This document shows, in pieces, positions 27,618 through 36,086 of a stretch of DNA of 56,382 nucleotides. Each line of letters opens with the position of its first letter. Position 1 is the first letter of the stretch. Origin of the DNA: Smithella sp. SCADC (GTDB taxonomy: Bacteria > Desulfobacterota > Syntrophia > Syntrophales > Smithellaceae); the NCBI GenBank assembly GCA_000747625.2, contig JQDQ01000013.1:1-56382 (forward strand), given 5' to 3'. The notes beneath the pieces were generated by a model. It did no database searches. It saw only the letters and a program-made list of their open reading frames with translations, and was not told the DNA's origin. A program made the position numbers and the translations under genes.

Positions 27618-30143
27618 TTAAGCGCCGCAACATTTCTTATATTTCTTACCGCTCCCGCAAGGACAGGGATCATTCCTTCCGGTCTTGGCGCCTTCATGCT
27701 TAACCGTTTTTGATTCGGGCACATCTTCCCCGCGGCTCATAATATAATCCTGCTTTTGCTTCTGCCGTATTTCTTCTACTTCTTCCTCTCTCTGGATTCT
27801 AATCAGGCAAAGTTTTTCGAGTACATCCATTTTAATGCGGGCAATCATTTCCATGAACATCTCATACCCTTCCCGCTGATATTCCCTGACCGGATCCTTT
27901 TGAGCGTAACCGCGCAGACCGATTCCTTCTCTTAGATGGTCCATCGCCAGCAGATGTTCTTTCCACTGAGTGTCTATCGCCTGGAGCATGATTACCTTCA
28001 TCAGGTAATCCATAAGCTCCTTGCCGAATTCATTTTCCTTATTATGCAGGAGTTTTTGGACGCCTTCAATTATAAACTCCCGAATGGATAATTGAGGAGA
28101 ATTACTTTGCCCGAAATTCACCAAATCAAATCTAATATTGAACTGCTTGAACAAAGCATCCTCAAATCCTTTAAGGTTCCATTCCTCCTTATTTTCTTTC
28201 TCATTCATAAATTCGGACAAAAGATCATCGATGATTTCTTCAATCATCTCATTAACATCTGTCCATAAGTCTTCGCCACGCAGCACTTTTTTACGCTGTT
28301 CGTAAATTACTTTACGCTGCCTGTTCATTACGTCATCATAATCAAGCAGATGTTTGCGGATATCAAAGTTTTGTCCTTCGACACGCTTCTGGGCATTTTC
28401 TATGGCCCGGGAAATATATTTATGTTCAATCGGCTGATCCTCTTCAATGCCGATTCTATCCATAATCCCGGATATTCTCTCCGCGCCGAATATACGCAAA
28501 AGGTCATCTTCCAGAGAAAGATAAAAGCGCGAAGACCCATTATCGCCCTGCCTTCCGGATCGTCCTCTTAACTGGTTGTCAATGCGGCGGCTTTCATGAC
28601 GTTCGGTGCCTAAAATATGCAGTCCTCCCAATTCCGCCACCCCTTCTCCCAGTTTAATATCAGTGCCACGGCCAGCCATATTTGTGGATATCGTAACCAT
28701 TCCCGGCTGGCCGGCATTAGCTACTATCTCCGCTTCCTTTTCATGATTTTTAGCGTTCAGCACATAATGCTTAACCCCGGACTTGGTCAGATATTTGCTG
28801 AGGAGTTCAGATTTCTCTATCGAGATAGTCCCGATCAAAACCGGTCTTTTCTCCTTATTTAATTCTTTGACTTCTTTAATGACGGCTTTGATTTTTTCCT
28901 CTTCTGTTTTATAGATTAAGTCGTTGTAATCATCACGAATCATCGGCATATTGGTCGGAACAACCAAAACGTCAAGATTATATATTTTCTTGAATTCGGC
29001 CGCTTCCGTATCGGCGGTTCCGGTCATTCCCGCCAGTTTCTTGTACATTCTAAAATAATTCTGAAACGTGATGGAAGCCAGCGTTTGATTTTCTTTTTCA
29101 ATTTTCACCTTTTCTTTCGCTTCCAGTGCCTGATGCAGGCCGTCACTGTAGCGTCGTCCGGGCATTACTCTTCCCGTGAATTCATCAACAATTATAACTT
29201 CTCCGTCTTTCACCAGATAATCCACATCTCGTCTAAACAAAGTATGGGCGCGGAGAGCCTGATTGACATGATGAACGATTTCTATATTGCGCGGTTCATA
29301 AAGATTTTGCACATTCAAAAATCCCTCAACATGTGCAACACCTTCTTCGGTAAGAACAACCGTTTTGCTTTTTTCTTCTATCGTGTAATCAGCATCTTTT
29401 TTCAATCGGGGGATGATTTGATTAATTTTATAATATTTATCCGTTGACTCCTCGGAAGAACCGGAAATAATTAATGGGGTCCTGGCTTCATCAATCAAAA
29501 TACTGTCAACTTCATCAACGATAGCATAATTGAACTCGCGTTGAACATAATCATCCAACGTAAATTTCATGTTGTCGCGAAGATAATCAAAACCAAATTC
29601 ATTATTGGTTCCGTACGTAATATCACAGTGATAGGCTTCTCTTCTCTCGGGATCATCCAAACCATGAACAATCACACCAACGCTCAGGCCCAAAAATTTA
29701 TAGATAGGCCCCATCCATTCAGCATCTCTCTTGGCCAGATAATCATTGACCGTAACTACATGACATCCCTTTTGCTCCAACGAGTTAAGATAAAGAGGCA
29801 TCGTCGCGGCCAGTGTTTTTCCTTCACCTGTTTTCATTTCGGCAATCTTACCTTCATGTAAAACAATTCCGCCGATTACCTGAACATCGAAAGGCCTCAT
29901 CAGTAAAGTACGGCGGGAAGCCTCCCTGGCCACAGCAAAAGCTTCCGTCAGAATATCATCAAGAGTAAAACCATTTTTTAATTTTTCCCTGAAATAAGGA
30001 GTCTTGGCCCGCAATTCTTCATCAGTTAAAGACATCATCGCCGGTTCGAAATTATTGATTTCATCTAATAGCAATGACAACCGCTTTAATTCCCGGTCAT
30101 TTTTTGTTCCCACAATTTTTTTAAGTATGTCTTCCAGAAACAT
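27618..30143 (-). CDS. secA: Preprotein translocase ATPase SecA
   Basis: 841 aa with DEAD-like motor blocks ([39 protein letters not shown]) and a C-terminal zinc finger [14 protein letters not shown]. Confidence 0.97.
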   Translation of the reverse strand: MFLEDILKKIVGTKNDRELKRLSLLLDEINNFEPAMMSLTDEELRAKTPYFREKLKNGFTLDDILTEAFAVAREASRRTLLMRPFDVQVIGGIVLHEGKIAEMKTGEGKTLAATMPLYLNSLEQKGCHVVTVNDYLAKRDAEWMGPIYKFLGLSVGVIVHGLDDPERREAYHCDITYGTNNEFGFDYLRDNMKFTLDDYVQREFNYAIVDEVDSILIDEARTPLIISGSSEESTDKYYKINQIIPRLKKDADYTIEEKSKTVVLTEEGVAHVEGFLNVQNLYEPRNIEIVHHVNQALRAHTLFRRDVDYLVKDGEVIIVDEFTGRVMPGRRYSDGLHQALEAKEKVKIEKENQTLASITFQNYFRMYKKLAGMTGTADTEAAEFKKIYNLDVLVVPTNMPMIRDDYNDLIYKTEEEKIKAVIKEVKELNKEKRPVLIGTISIEKSELLSKYLTKSGVKHYVLNAKNHEKEAEIVANAGQPGMVTISTNMAGRGTDIKLGEGVAELGGLHILGTERHESRRIDNQLRGRSGRQGDNGSSRFYLSLEDDLLRIFGAERISGIMDRIGIEEDQPIEHKYISRAIENAQKRVEGQNFDIRKHLLDYDDVMNRQRKVIYEQRKKVLRGEDLWTDVNEMIEEIIDDLLSEFMNEKENKEEWNLKGFEDALFKQFNIRFDLVNFGQSNSPQLSIREFIIEGVQKLLHNKENEFGKELMDYLMKVIMLQAIDTQWKEHLLAMDHLREGIGLRGYAQKDPVREYQREGYEMFMEMIARIKMDVLEKLCLIRIQREEEVEEIRQKQKQDYIMSRGEDVPESKTVKHEGAKTGRNDPCPCGSGKKYKKCCGA

Positions 30144-30288
30144 TGATTACCTTTTTTAAAAAAAAACCGGCAATCTTACCGGTGAGTTTAAATATTTGAA
30201 TTTTATTGACAATAAAAGCTCATGCTTCCGGGATGAAATTTTCCGGCAATGAAAACGATTATTGTTACCTGCCTACACGATCAGACGA

Positions 30289-31191
30289 TCAACTGCTTTT
30301 CAAGTACTTTTTAGGATTTACCGGAAAATTGTTGACAAACACTGCATAGTGAAGATGCGAACCTGTACTGCGGCCGGTATCGCCAACATAACCGATAATA
30401 TCTCCTCTTTTAACCCTCATTCCTTGTTTTACGGCCATTTTGGACAAATGGGCAAAACCGGTAGCCAAACCACGGCCATGATCAATTTTTACAAAATTAC
30501 CATCCTGTGAATCATAGGCACTGATAACCACGATTCCATCTGCCGGCGCAATTACTTCCTTACCAAACCGGGTCGATATATCCAATCCTCTATGAAATTC
30601 CACACCTGATCTGAAAGGTGATTGTCGCGCTCCGAACTCCGATGTAACCCAGCCTTTTACGGGCCAGATGGAAGGAGTACAAGCAAGGATAGATTTTTGT
30701 TCATGCAGGAAAGCTAATACTTCGCTAAAGCTTTTTTCCCGGTAGCCGGCATCTTCATTAAGTTTTTCGATGCCTTGACGCATTCCGGCTATTAATTTCT
30801 GCTGGTCCTGATCCAGCAAAGACTTTATCTTTGTTTCATTATCAGATCCGCCGACACCCAACGGCAGTTTTTTATCCCGGCTTGTTTCATATGCCAGAGT
30901 TCTGATTTTTTTATCAACTTGCCTGAGCTCTTCCATTCGATCTGAAAATGCGTCCATTTTCATGGCCAGATCCCGAAACTGCTGAGACTGCTCTTTTGTT
31001 TGCTGTCTTAATCTTGCCAGCTCAGCCCGGTCTCTTTTGATACTGGCGTAATCATAGACAACATAGAGAGTTACCAGAATGATGAGAACGGAAGCAATAA
31101 GAATATTACGGATAATAGTTTTGGGAACAGATATTTTTTTAACTCCGCTCTTGCGGTTAGGAATAATCATCAATGTAAAGTGATCCGGCAT
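30289..31191 (-). CDS. M23 family metallopeptidase (EnvC/NlpD-like, N-terminal TM + coiled coil)
   Basis: 300 aa; HRGLDI...DHG.G..T..AHL....V..G..V..G..IG.VG.TG.STG.HLHY. This is the LytM domain. Confidence 0.85.
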   Translation of the reverse strand: MPDHFTLMIIPNRKSGVKKISVPKTIIRNILIASVLIILVTLYVVYDYASIKRDRAELARLRQQTKEQSQQFRDLAMKMDAFSDRMEELRQVDKKIRTLAYETSRDKKLPLGVGGSDNETKIKSLLDQDQQKLIAGMRQGIEKLNEDAGYREKSFSEVLAFLHEQKSILACTPSIWPVKGWVTSEFGARQSPFRSGVEFHRGLDISTRFGKEVIAPADGIVVISAYDSQDGNFVKIDHGRGLATGFAHLSKMAVKQGMRVKRGDIIGYVGDTGRSTGSHLHYAVFVNNFPVNPKKYLKSS

Positions 31192-31367
31192 TATTTCTTT
31201 CCCTTGATATTATAGATAAGATTAGCAAGTATTCTGATTTTAGATTCGCATTAGCTATCACAGAAAAAGATTCAAAGTCAAGGATAACTTGATACCACGT
31301 TATTACTTGATTTTTTTATATTTTTGCCATATTGTACAGCCTAAATCCTAAAAGAATTAATGATTCT

Positions 31368-32159
31368 ATGAAGATAAAAAAATCATTACCAATAACCTTG
31401 TTATTTTCAATACTTCTGCCGTTTTTATCCCTGCAGGGATGTGTTTTTGCTCCTTTAGCATCAAAATTCAATGCCGGAGATTTTTTAATATCCCGGGGAA
31501 ATAGAATCGGCCAGTCTTCTCAAATTATCCTCGTCAGAGACAATAGCTTTCTTTTTTTCACCAAAACAACTCTTTACGCCATGGAAAAGCGTGAAAATAA
31601 ATGGCAGGCCGTTTTTGAACCTTTTGACGCCGTAGTCGGGAAAAACGGCTTTGCGCCTGAAGGAGAAAAAAAAGAGGGTGACGGCAGAACACCTTCCGGC
31701 ATTTTTCCTGTTAAAATGACCTTCGGCTATGATGAATCTATAGAAACAAAAATGCCTTACCGTCAGGCTTTGGCCGACGATATCTGGGTTGATGACCAAA
31801 ACGCCGAAGATTACAACCGCTGGGTGAAAAAATCCGAAACGCGTGCGGTATCTTACGAGATGATGAAACGTGATGACGATCTTTACAAGTATGGAATTGT
31901 CATTGAGTATAATACGGACCCTGTAATAAAAGGAAACGGCAGCGCCATCTTTCTGCACATCTGGAAAGGCGAAGGCATACCTACGGCCGGATGCGTGGCT
32001 GTTTCCGAAGAGGATATCATTAAAATTCTCGGCTGGCTCAATCCTGCGGCATCGCCGCTTATCATTACCGGCATCACAAATAATGATAAGGAATGGTGGC
32101 ACTACACCCTGACAAACGAACCTTATCCCGATACTTACTTTGATTTTGTTATCGAGTGA
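31368..32159 (+). CDS. L,D-transpeptidase-family lipoprotein (YkuD catalytic domain)
   Basis: The track ORF starts at a TTG at 31332. I place the start at ATG 31368 (MKIKKSLPITLLFSILLPFLSLQGC, lipobox). The catalytic block is SAIFLHIWKGEGIPTAGCVAVSEEDI (H...G.TAGC). Confidence 0.75.
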   Translation: MKIKKSLPITLLFSILLPFLSLQGCVFAPLASKFNAGDFLISRGNRIGQSSQIILVRDNSFLFFTKTTLYAMEKRENKWQAVFEPFDAVVGKNGFAPEGEKKEGDGRTPSGIFPVKMTFGYDESIETKMPYRQALADDIWVDDQNAEDYNRWVKKSETRAVSYEMMKRDDDLYKYGIVIEYNTDPVIKGNGSAIFLHIWKGEGIPTAGCVAVSEEDIIKILGWLNPAASPLIITGITNNDKEWWHYTLTNEPYPDTYFDFVIE

Positions 32160-32164
32160 AAAAC

Positions 32165-33403
32165 ATGAAGATAAAACTGCCTCCGTTTTTTAAATCATAC
32201 GGCTTTTCGATCATCCTGATTATCTCGATTATCATCGGATCATTTTTAGGAATCATCTATCAAAAGGATGCTATTGTTTTTAAACCATTCGGCGATATTT
32301 TTCTGAATCTCCTCTTTACCGTGATCGTGCCTCTGGTTTTCTTTTCCATTTCTTCCGCCGTCGCGGGAATGACCAACATCCGGCGTCTGGGAAAAATAAT
32401 GGGGTCCATGATTTTTGTTTTTGTTATTACCGGCCTGATCGCTTCGATGGTTATGATCATCGGCGTTATTCTTTATCCTCCGGCAACAGGCGCTCATGTA
32501 AATTTAGGCAATGGGGTAAATGTCGAACACTTAAAAGCTTCCGAACAAATGGTGAAGGCTTTTACTGTTTCCGATTTTGCCGATTTATTATCTAAAAAGA
32601 ACATGCTGGCACTGATTATCTTTGCCATTCTCACAGGACTGGCAACTTCGGCGGTAGGTGAACGCGGAAAATCTTTCGCCAACTTCCTGACTTCGGGAAG
32701 CGATGTGATGATGAAACTTATTTCTTTCATCATGTACTACGCTCCCATCGGCCTTTGCGCCTACTTTGCCTATCTGGCCGGTGTCTTCGGACCGGAGTTG
32801 CTGGGTTCTTACGCCAGGGCGATGGTTCTTTATTACCCGACAGCTATTTTGTATTTCTTTATCGCTTTCACTATCTATGCTTTTATTGCCGCCAAAGGCG
32901 AAGGCGTGCGCCGGTTCTGGCGCAATATCATTCCGGCCTCGCTTATTGCTTTGGCGACAGGAAGTTCGATGGCAACAATTCCCGCTAATCTGGAAGCTGC
33001 AAATAAAAACGGCGTGCCCAAGGATATAAGCGAAGTTATCATCCCCATCGGAGCAACGATGCATATGGAAGGCTCTTGTCTTGCGGCCATTTTAAAAATT
33101 GCTTTCCTGTTCGGTATATTTAATATGCCCTTTTCCGGAGCACAAACAATTCTGACCGCTCTGGGCATTGCCCTGTTAACCGGTGTTGTAGTCAGTGGCA
33201 TCCCCGGCGGCGGAACAATTGGGGAACTGCTGATAATTTCCTTTTATGGTTTACCGCTGGAAGCCTTTCCGATTATCACGATGATCGGCACACTGGTCGA
33301 CGCACCGGCGACAATGCTCAACGCCGTCGGCGATAACGTCTCCAGCATGATTGTCGCACGCATGCTGGGCGGCAAGGATTGGATCAAAAGAGGTACAGGC
33401 TGA
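32165..33403 (+). CDS. Dicarboxylate/amino acid:cation symporter (DAACS/SDF family)
   Basis: About 412 aa, multi-TM. Family blocks: GSSMATIPANLE (SSSAATLP-like), IGATMHMEGSCL and DAPATMLNAVGDNVSS. Confidence 0.85.
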   Translation: MKIKLPPFFKSYGFSIILIISIIIGSFLGIIYQKDAIVFKPFGDIFLNLLFTVIVPLVFFSISSAVAGMTNIRRLGKIMGSMIFVFVITGLIASMVMIIGVILYPPATGAHVNLGNGVNVEHLKASEQMVKAFTVSDFADLLSKKNMLALIIFAILTGLATSAVGERGKSFANFLTSGSDVMMKLISFIMYYAPIGLCAYFAYLAGVFGPELLGSYARAMVLYYPTAILYFFIAFTIYAFIAAKGEGVRRFWRNIIPASLIALATGSSMATIPANLEAANKNGVPKDISEVIIPIGATMHMEGSCLAAILKIAFLFGIFNMPFSGAQTILTALGIALLTGVVVSGIPGGGTIGELLIISFYGLPLEAFPIITMIGTLVDAPATMLNAVGDNVSSMIVARMLGGKDWIKRGTG

Positions 33404-33404
33404 A

Positions 33405-33529
33405 AGAGTGCTGGATAAAATCCGTTCCATTTTTGTGATTTTTTCAAATTCAAACAGACAGTAAAATCCTCCAGTTCGGCTGGTTCAGAAACTAAAGACA
33501 AGCTGGAAGGGTTGTTTAAGAAAGGCTAA
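33405..33529 (+). pseudogene. C-terminal fragment (codons about 54-94, with a 1-nt deletion) of a diverged second copy of the zinc-ribbon gene at 35542..35826
   Basis: RVLDKIRS / FCDFFKFKQTVKSSSSAGSETKDKLEGLFKKG* aligns with RVVDKTRSNFCDFFRFKQSGKSSSSAGSGTKNKLEDLFKKS* of the intact gene. It begins 2 nt after the symporter stop. The same attcatactggat motif follows both copies. Confidence 0.75.
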
Positions 33530-33593
33530 ATTCATACTGGATTTACCCTGAAGGGCACTCCGCCCGCCTTCGCGTGACAGGGCGGGGCATAAA

Positions 33594-33938
33594 TTATTCA
33601 GCAGACAAGCTCTTATCAAAAATTCGTTCGCCCGTTTCGATTATCTCTTTAATATACGGATCAGTTTCGTCAAAATCCGACCGAGCAAAAGTGTGCGGTT
33701 CAATGCGCAGATCAATATTCCACCTTAGTTTTCTGAGTTGTACATCTTCATCGAAGCCATCAATATCATCCCGATCAAGGAATACGGCCAAATCAATATC
33801 GCTTTCAGAATTATAAGTGTCTTTGGCATAAGAACCATAAAGATACAACCGCCAGACAGCAATATTGTTGCGTTTCAAATTCTGCAAATAATCTTTTATT
33901 TTTTTATAAACTAATTGCTTATCTTTTCGAGCAGCCAT
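33594..33938 (-). CDS. Nucleotidyltransferase-domain protein (MNT-type partner of HEPN)
   Basis: 114 aa; LYLYGSYAKDTYNSESDIDLAVFL is the GS-x10-DxD minimal nucleotidyltransferase motif. Confidence 0.85.
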   Translation of the reverse strand: MAARKDKQLVYKKIKDYLQNLKRNNIAVWRLYLYGSYAKDTYNSESDIDLAVFLDRDDIDGFDEDVQLRKLRWNIDLRIEPHTFARSDFDETDPYIKEIIETGERIFDKSLSAE

Positions 33939-34303
33939 TTTCTAAAACCATTAACCTTGGATATTTGATTTTCCGTAAACTGACGAGTAGCCTTTTTTTG
34001 AAATCTCTTTTTATAATCAGGGTATCTCGCCCGAAGATTGAACGTTGTCAATTCTTCTAAAATTATCTTTTGATCTTCAGATAAATCCAGCGCCGCTTTA
34101 TCAGCAATTTCAATAAGATTATGAATACGAGGATAATTTACATCAACTTTTATTACATAATACGCCTTCAATAACTTTTCTATAACAAGATGACTTAAAA
34201 AAAGCGACCATGAGTAATGACCGTTAGCAAAGAGACTTTGCATAACATTATAGTCCAAATCAGATGATTCGACCCAATATTCGACTATCTTTTTTCTCTC
34301 CAT
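33911..34303 (-). CDS. HEPN-domain protein
   Basis: 130 aa; ...WVESSDLDYNVMQSLFANGHYSWSLFLSHLVIEKLLKAYYV...RIHNLIEIA...LTTFNLRARYPD. This is the HEPN (PF05168-like) pattern. It overlaps the MNT gene by 28 nt. Confidence 0.8.
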   Translation of the reverse strand: MERKKIVEYWVESSDLDYNVMQSLFANGHYSWSLFLSHLVIEKLLKAYYVIKVDVNYPRIHNLIEIADKAALDLSEDQKIILEELTTFNLRARYPDYKKRFQKKATRQFTENQISKVNGFRKWLLEKISN

Positions 34304-34357
34304 GTAAGTAATTTACATGATTAAAAAGGATTAAGCAATACCTAACTAAATCTTTAT

Positions 34358-34410
34358 TTAGACGGCGCAGGGCGAATGGCAGCAGGGAAGTAATTCCATT
34401 TTGTATTTCC
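34358..34410 (-). pseudogene. arnD: Orphan 3'-terminal fragment (17 codons + stop) of a diverged arnD copy
   Basis: The reverse strand reads KYKMELLPCCHSPCAV*, against KYKMELLPGRHSPCAV* at the end of the intact arnD (36087-36139). Identity is about 85% at nucleotide level, and four of the six differing codons (of 17) carry only synonymous changes. Confidence 0.7.
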
Positions 34411-34459
34411 GTATGATCTTGGACAATTTATATCCCTATTACATGGTTATGAAAGCTTC

Positions 34460-34489
34460 TTGACATTTACCCGACACAACTTGTATCTT
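34460..34489 (+). promoter_or_regulatory. Sigma70-like promoter (TTGACA-18-TATCTT) placed 7 nt before the ATG; duplicate of the promoter at 35505
   Basis: TTGACA at 34460-34465, TATCTT at 34484-34489, ATG at 34497. The geometry is the same as in the intact copy. Confidence 0.5.
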
Positions 34490-34496
34490 CACTTTT

Positions 34497-34655
34497 ATGA
34501 ATATCTGCCACAAATGTATAAAAGAAATCGCAGATGATCTTTTTGCCGGACGGCAATCGCAATGCCCTTCCTGCGGCGTTGATTTGCATTGTTGTCTGAA
34601 CTGCTTTTTTTTGCCATCGGTGATAATTTGGATGAAGGAGGATGAAGCGCTATGA
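34497..34655 (+). pseudogene. Truncated N-terminal copy (codons 1-38 homologous, 52-codon ORF) of the zinc-ribbon gene, ATGA-overlapped with the acyltransferase gene
   Basis: MNICHKCIKEIADDLFAGRQSQCPSCGVDLHCCLNCFF, then unrelated LPSVIIWMKEDEAL*. The intact gene reads MNICHKCKKDIPDDFFVGRQAQCHSCGADLHCCLNCSF. The stop TGA (34653-34655) overlaps the ATG at 34652. The ORF is too short to appear in the track. Confidence 0.7.
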
Positions 34656-35383
34656 AGGCTTTTCTATCCCGTAAAATATTAATTATGCTGGTAAGCTTAT
34701 ATGTGACACTCAGAATCACCGTCATCGTTTTGTACTGGGTGAGCTTCAAGGGCGGGTACCCCAGAAAAGACGGGGACGGACTTTTGAACTGGTGGTCGAA
34801 CGGACTGGTAAATGCAGTCCGAATAAAAAAGACGGTCTTCGATCCTTTCAACATCCGCATCGAACAGGGAAAACGCCACATCATCATGTCGAATCACCGC
34901 AGCCATTATGACATTCCCCTAACAATCCTCTCTCTTCCGGCCAGCATCCGCATGCTTACCAAGAAGGAGCTGTTCCGGATACCATTGTGGGGACGTGGCA
35001 TGGCGGCGGGTGAATTCATCTCCATCGACCGTAACAATATCGAGCAGGCCAAGCAGGATTTGAAGAAGGCCCGCGAAAAAATGGAGGATGGGATCGTATT
35101 GTGGATAGCCCCTGAAGGAACCCGTTCACGAACCGGACGAATGGGAATGTTTAAGAAAGGAGGCTTCATACTTGCTATTGAGGCCGGCGCACAGATTATA
35201 CCTATCGGCATCCGTGGTTCCGAGAAAGTCCTGAGGCCCAAGACCTGGGACTTCTTCCTGGATCAGAAGGTGAATGTCCATATTGGCAAGCCGATTGATG
35301 CCTCGGCATACACCGTAGAAAACAAGGATGAACTGATCGAGGCAGTACGGCGTGAAATCAGCATCCTGTGCGGCGAAGCCTGA
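34652..35383 (+). CDS. 1-acyl-sn-glycerol-3-phosphate acyltransferase-like (LPLAT/PlsC family)
   Basis: 243 aa with an N-terminal TM, an NHRSHYD (HX4D) block, FISIDR and APEGTRS. Confidence 0.85.
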   Translation: MKAFLSRKILIMLVSLYVTLRITVIVLYWVSFKGGYPRKDGDGLLNWWSNGLVNAVRIKKTVFDPFNIRIEQGKRHIIMSNHRSHYDIPLTILSLPASIRMLTKKELFRIPLWGRGMAAGEFISIDRNNIEQAKQDLKKAREKMEDGIVLWIAPEGTRSRTGRMGMFKKGGFILAIEAGAQIIPIGIRGSEKVLRPKTWDFFLDQKVNVHIGKPIDASAYTVENKDELIEAVRREISILCGEA

Positions 35384-35504
35384 TTTCAAGACGTAATCAA
35401 CCACGATCAATCAATTTATTCAAGAAGGCGCTGCCTATCAGAGAGAAAATTTAAAATAGGCCTGCATAAATGTTTCACCAAAAAGGCTTCTACATGAAAG
35501 TTTC

Positions 35505-35534
35505 TTGACAAACATCGGACATAATTTATATCTT
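35505..35534 (+). promoter_or_regulatory. Sigma70-like promoter (TTGACA-18-TATCTT) 7 nt upstream of the ATG (a leaderless transcript is predicted)
   Basis: TTGACA at 35505-35510, TATCTT at 35529-35534, ATG at 35542. There is no Shine-Dalgarno. Confidence 0.5.
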
Positions 35535-35541
35535 CACTTGC

Positions 35542-35826
35542 ATGAATATTTGCCACAAATGTAAAAAAGACATCCCGGATGATTTTTTTGTCGGCAGGCA
35601 GGCACAGTGCCATTCCTGCGGAGCTGATCTGCATTGTTGTTTGAATTGTTCTTTTTATGATACAGGTTCTTATAACGATTGTCGTGAATCACAAGCAGAA
35701 CGTGTTGTGGACAAAACCCGCTCCAATTTTTGTGACTTTTTTAGATTCAAGCAATCAGGAAAGTCTTCCAGCTCGGCTGGTTCGGGAACTAAAAATAAGT
35801 TGGAAGATTTATTTAAGAAAAGCTAA
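35542..35826 (+). CDS. Small cysteine-rich (putative zinc-ribbon) protein, function unknown
   Basis: 94 aa; CHKC-x15-CHSC-x5-CCLNC...C...C, 10 Cys in the first 64 residues, then a Ser/Gly/Lys-rich tail. The two diverged fragments elsewhere in the window keep the Cys pattern, which argues that it is a real gene. Confidence 0.65.
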   Translation: MNICHKCKKDIPDDFFVGRQAQCHSCGADLHCCLNCSFYDTGSYNDCRESQAERVVDKTRSNFCDFFRFKQSGKSSSSAGSGTKNKLEDLFKKS

Positions 35827-35855
35827 TTGAAAATTCATACTGGATACCGGCCTCC

Positions 35856-36060
35856 GAGACTGTGTCATAATTGCAAATATTTATTATGCGTTATGAGTAA
35901 TGTCCCCCGCTGGCGGGGGCAGGGGGTGGAAAAGTTTTTGAAACATACGTAATTTTGGTCAGTTGAGAATTATGTGAATTTAATCCACCTCCGTCACTGC
36001 GTGACACCTCCGCCAGCGGAGGACATTTAATGGTTATATTTGTTATTGCGACACAGTCTC
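35856..36060. mobile_element. MITE-like non-coding element (family B) with about 24-bp terminal inverted repeats and nested internal inverted repeats
   Basis: TIR-L is gagactgtgtcataattgcaaata (35856-35879). TIR-R is tatttgttattgcgacacagtctc (36037-36060). The inner pair is aatgtcccccgctggcggggg (35899-35919) / cctccgccagcggaggacatt (36007-36027). A second copy starts at 56330. Confidence 0.7.
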
Positions 36061-36086
36061 TTCTCGGGAATGACAGCATTTAAATA

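Noticed and set aside
34495-34887. 130-aa minus-strand ORF, and the 72-aa ORF at 35416-35634, both antisense to the zinc-ribbon gene copies and plsC.
   Set aside because: They are antisense to sequences whose plus-strand reading is conserved between the diverged copies, with Cys pattern and synonymous changes. They show no motifs of their own.
35891-36079. 62-aa ORF inside the family B MITE, and the 81-aa ORF at 56105-56350.
   Set aside because: The first is a translation of nested inverted repeats (MSPAGGG-type artefact). The second has no protein-like features and no start context. Both are treated as non-coding.
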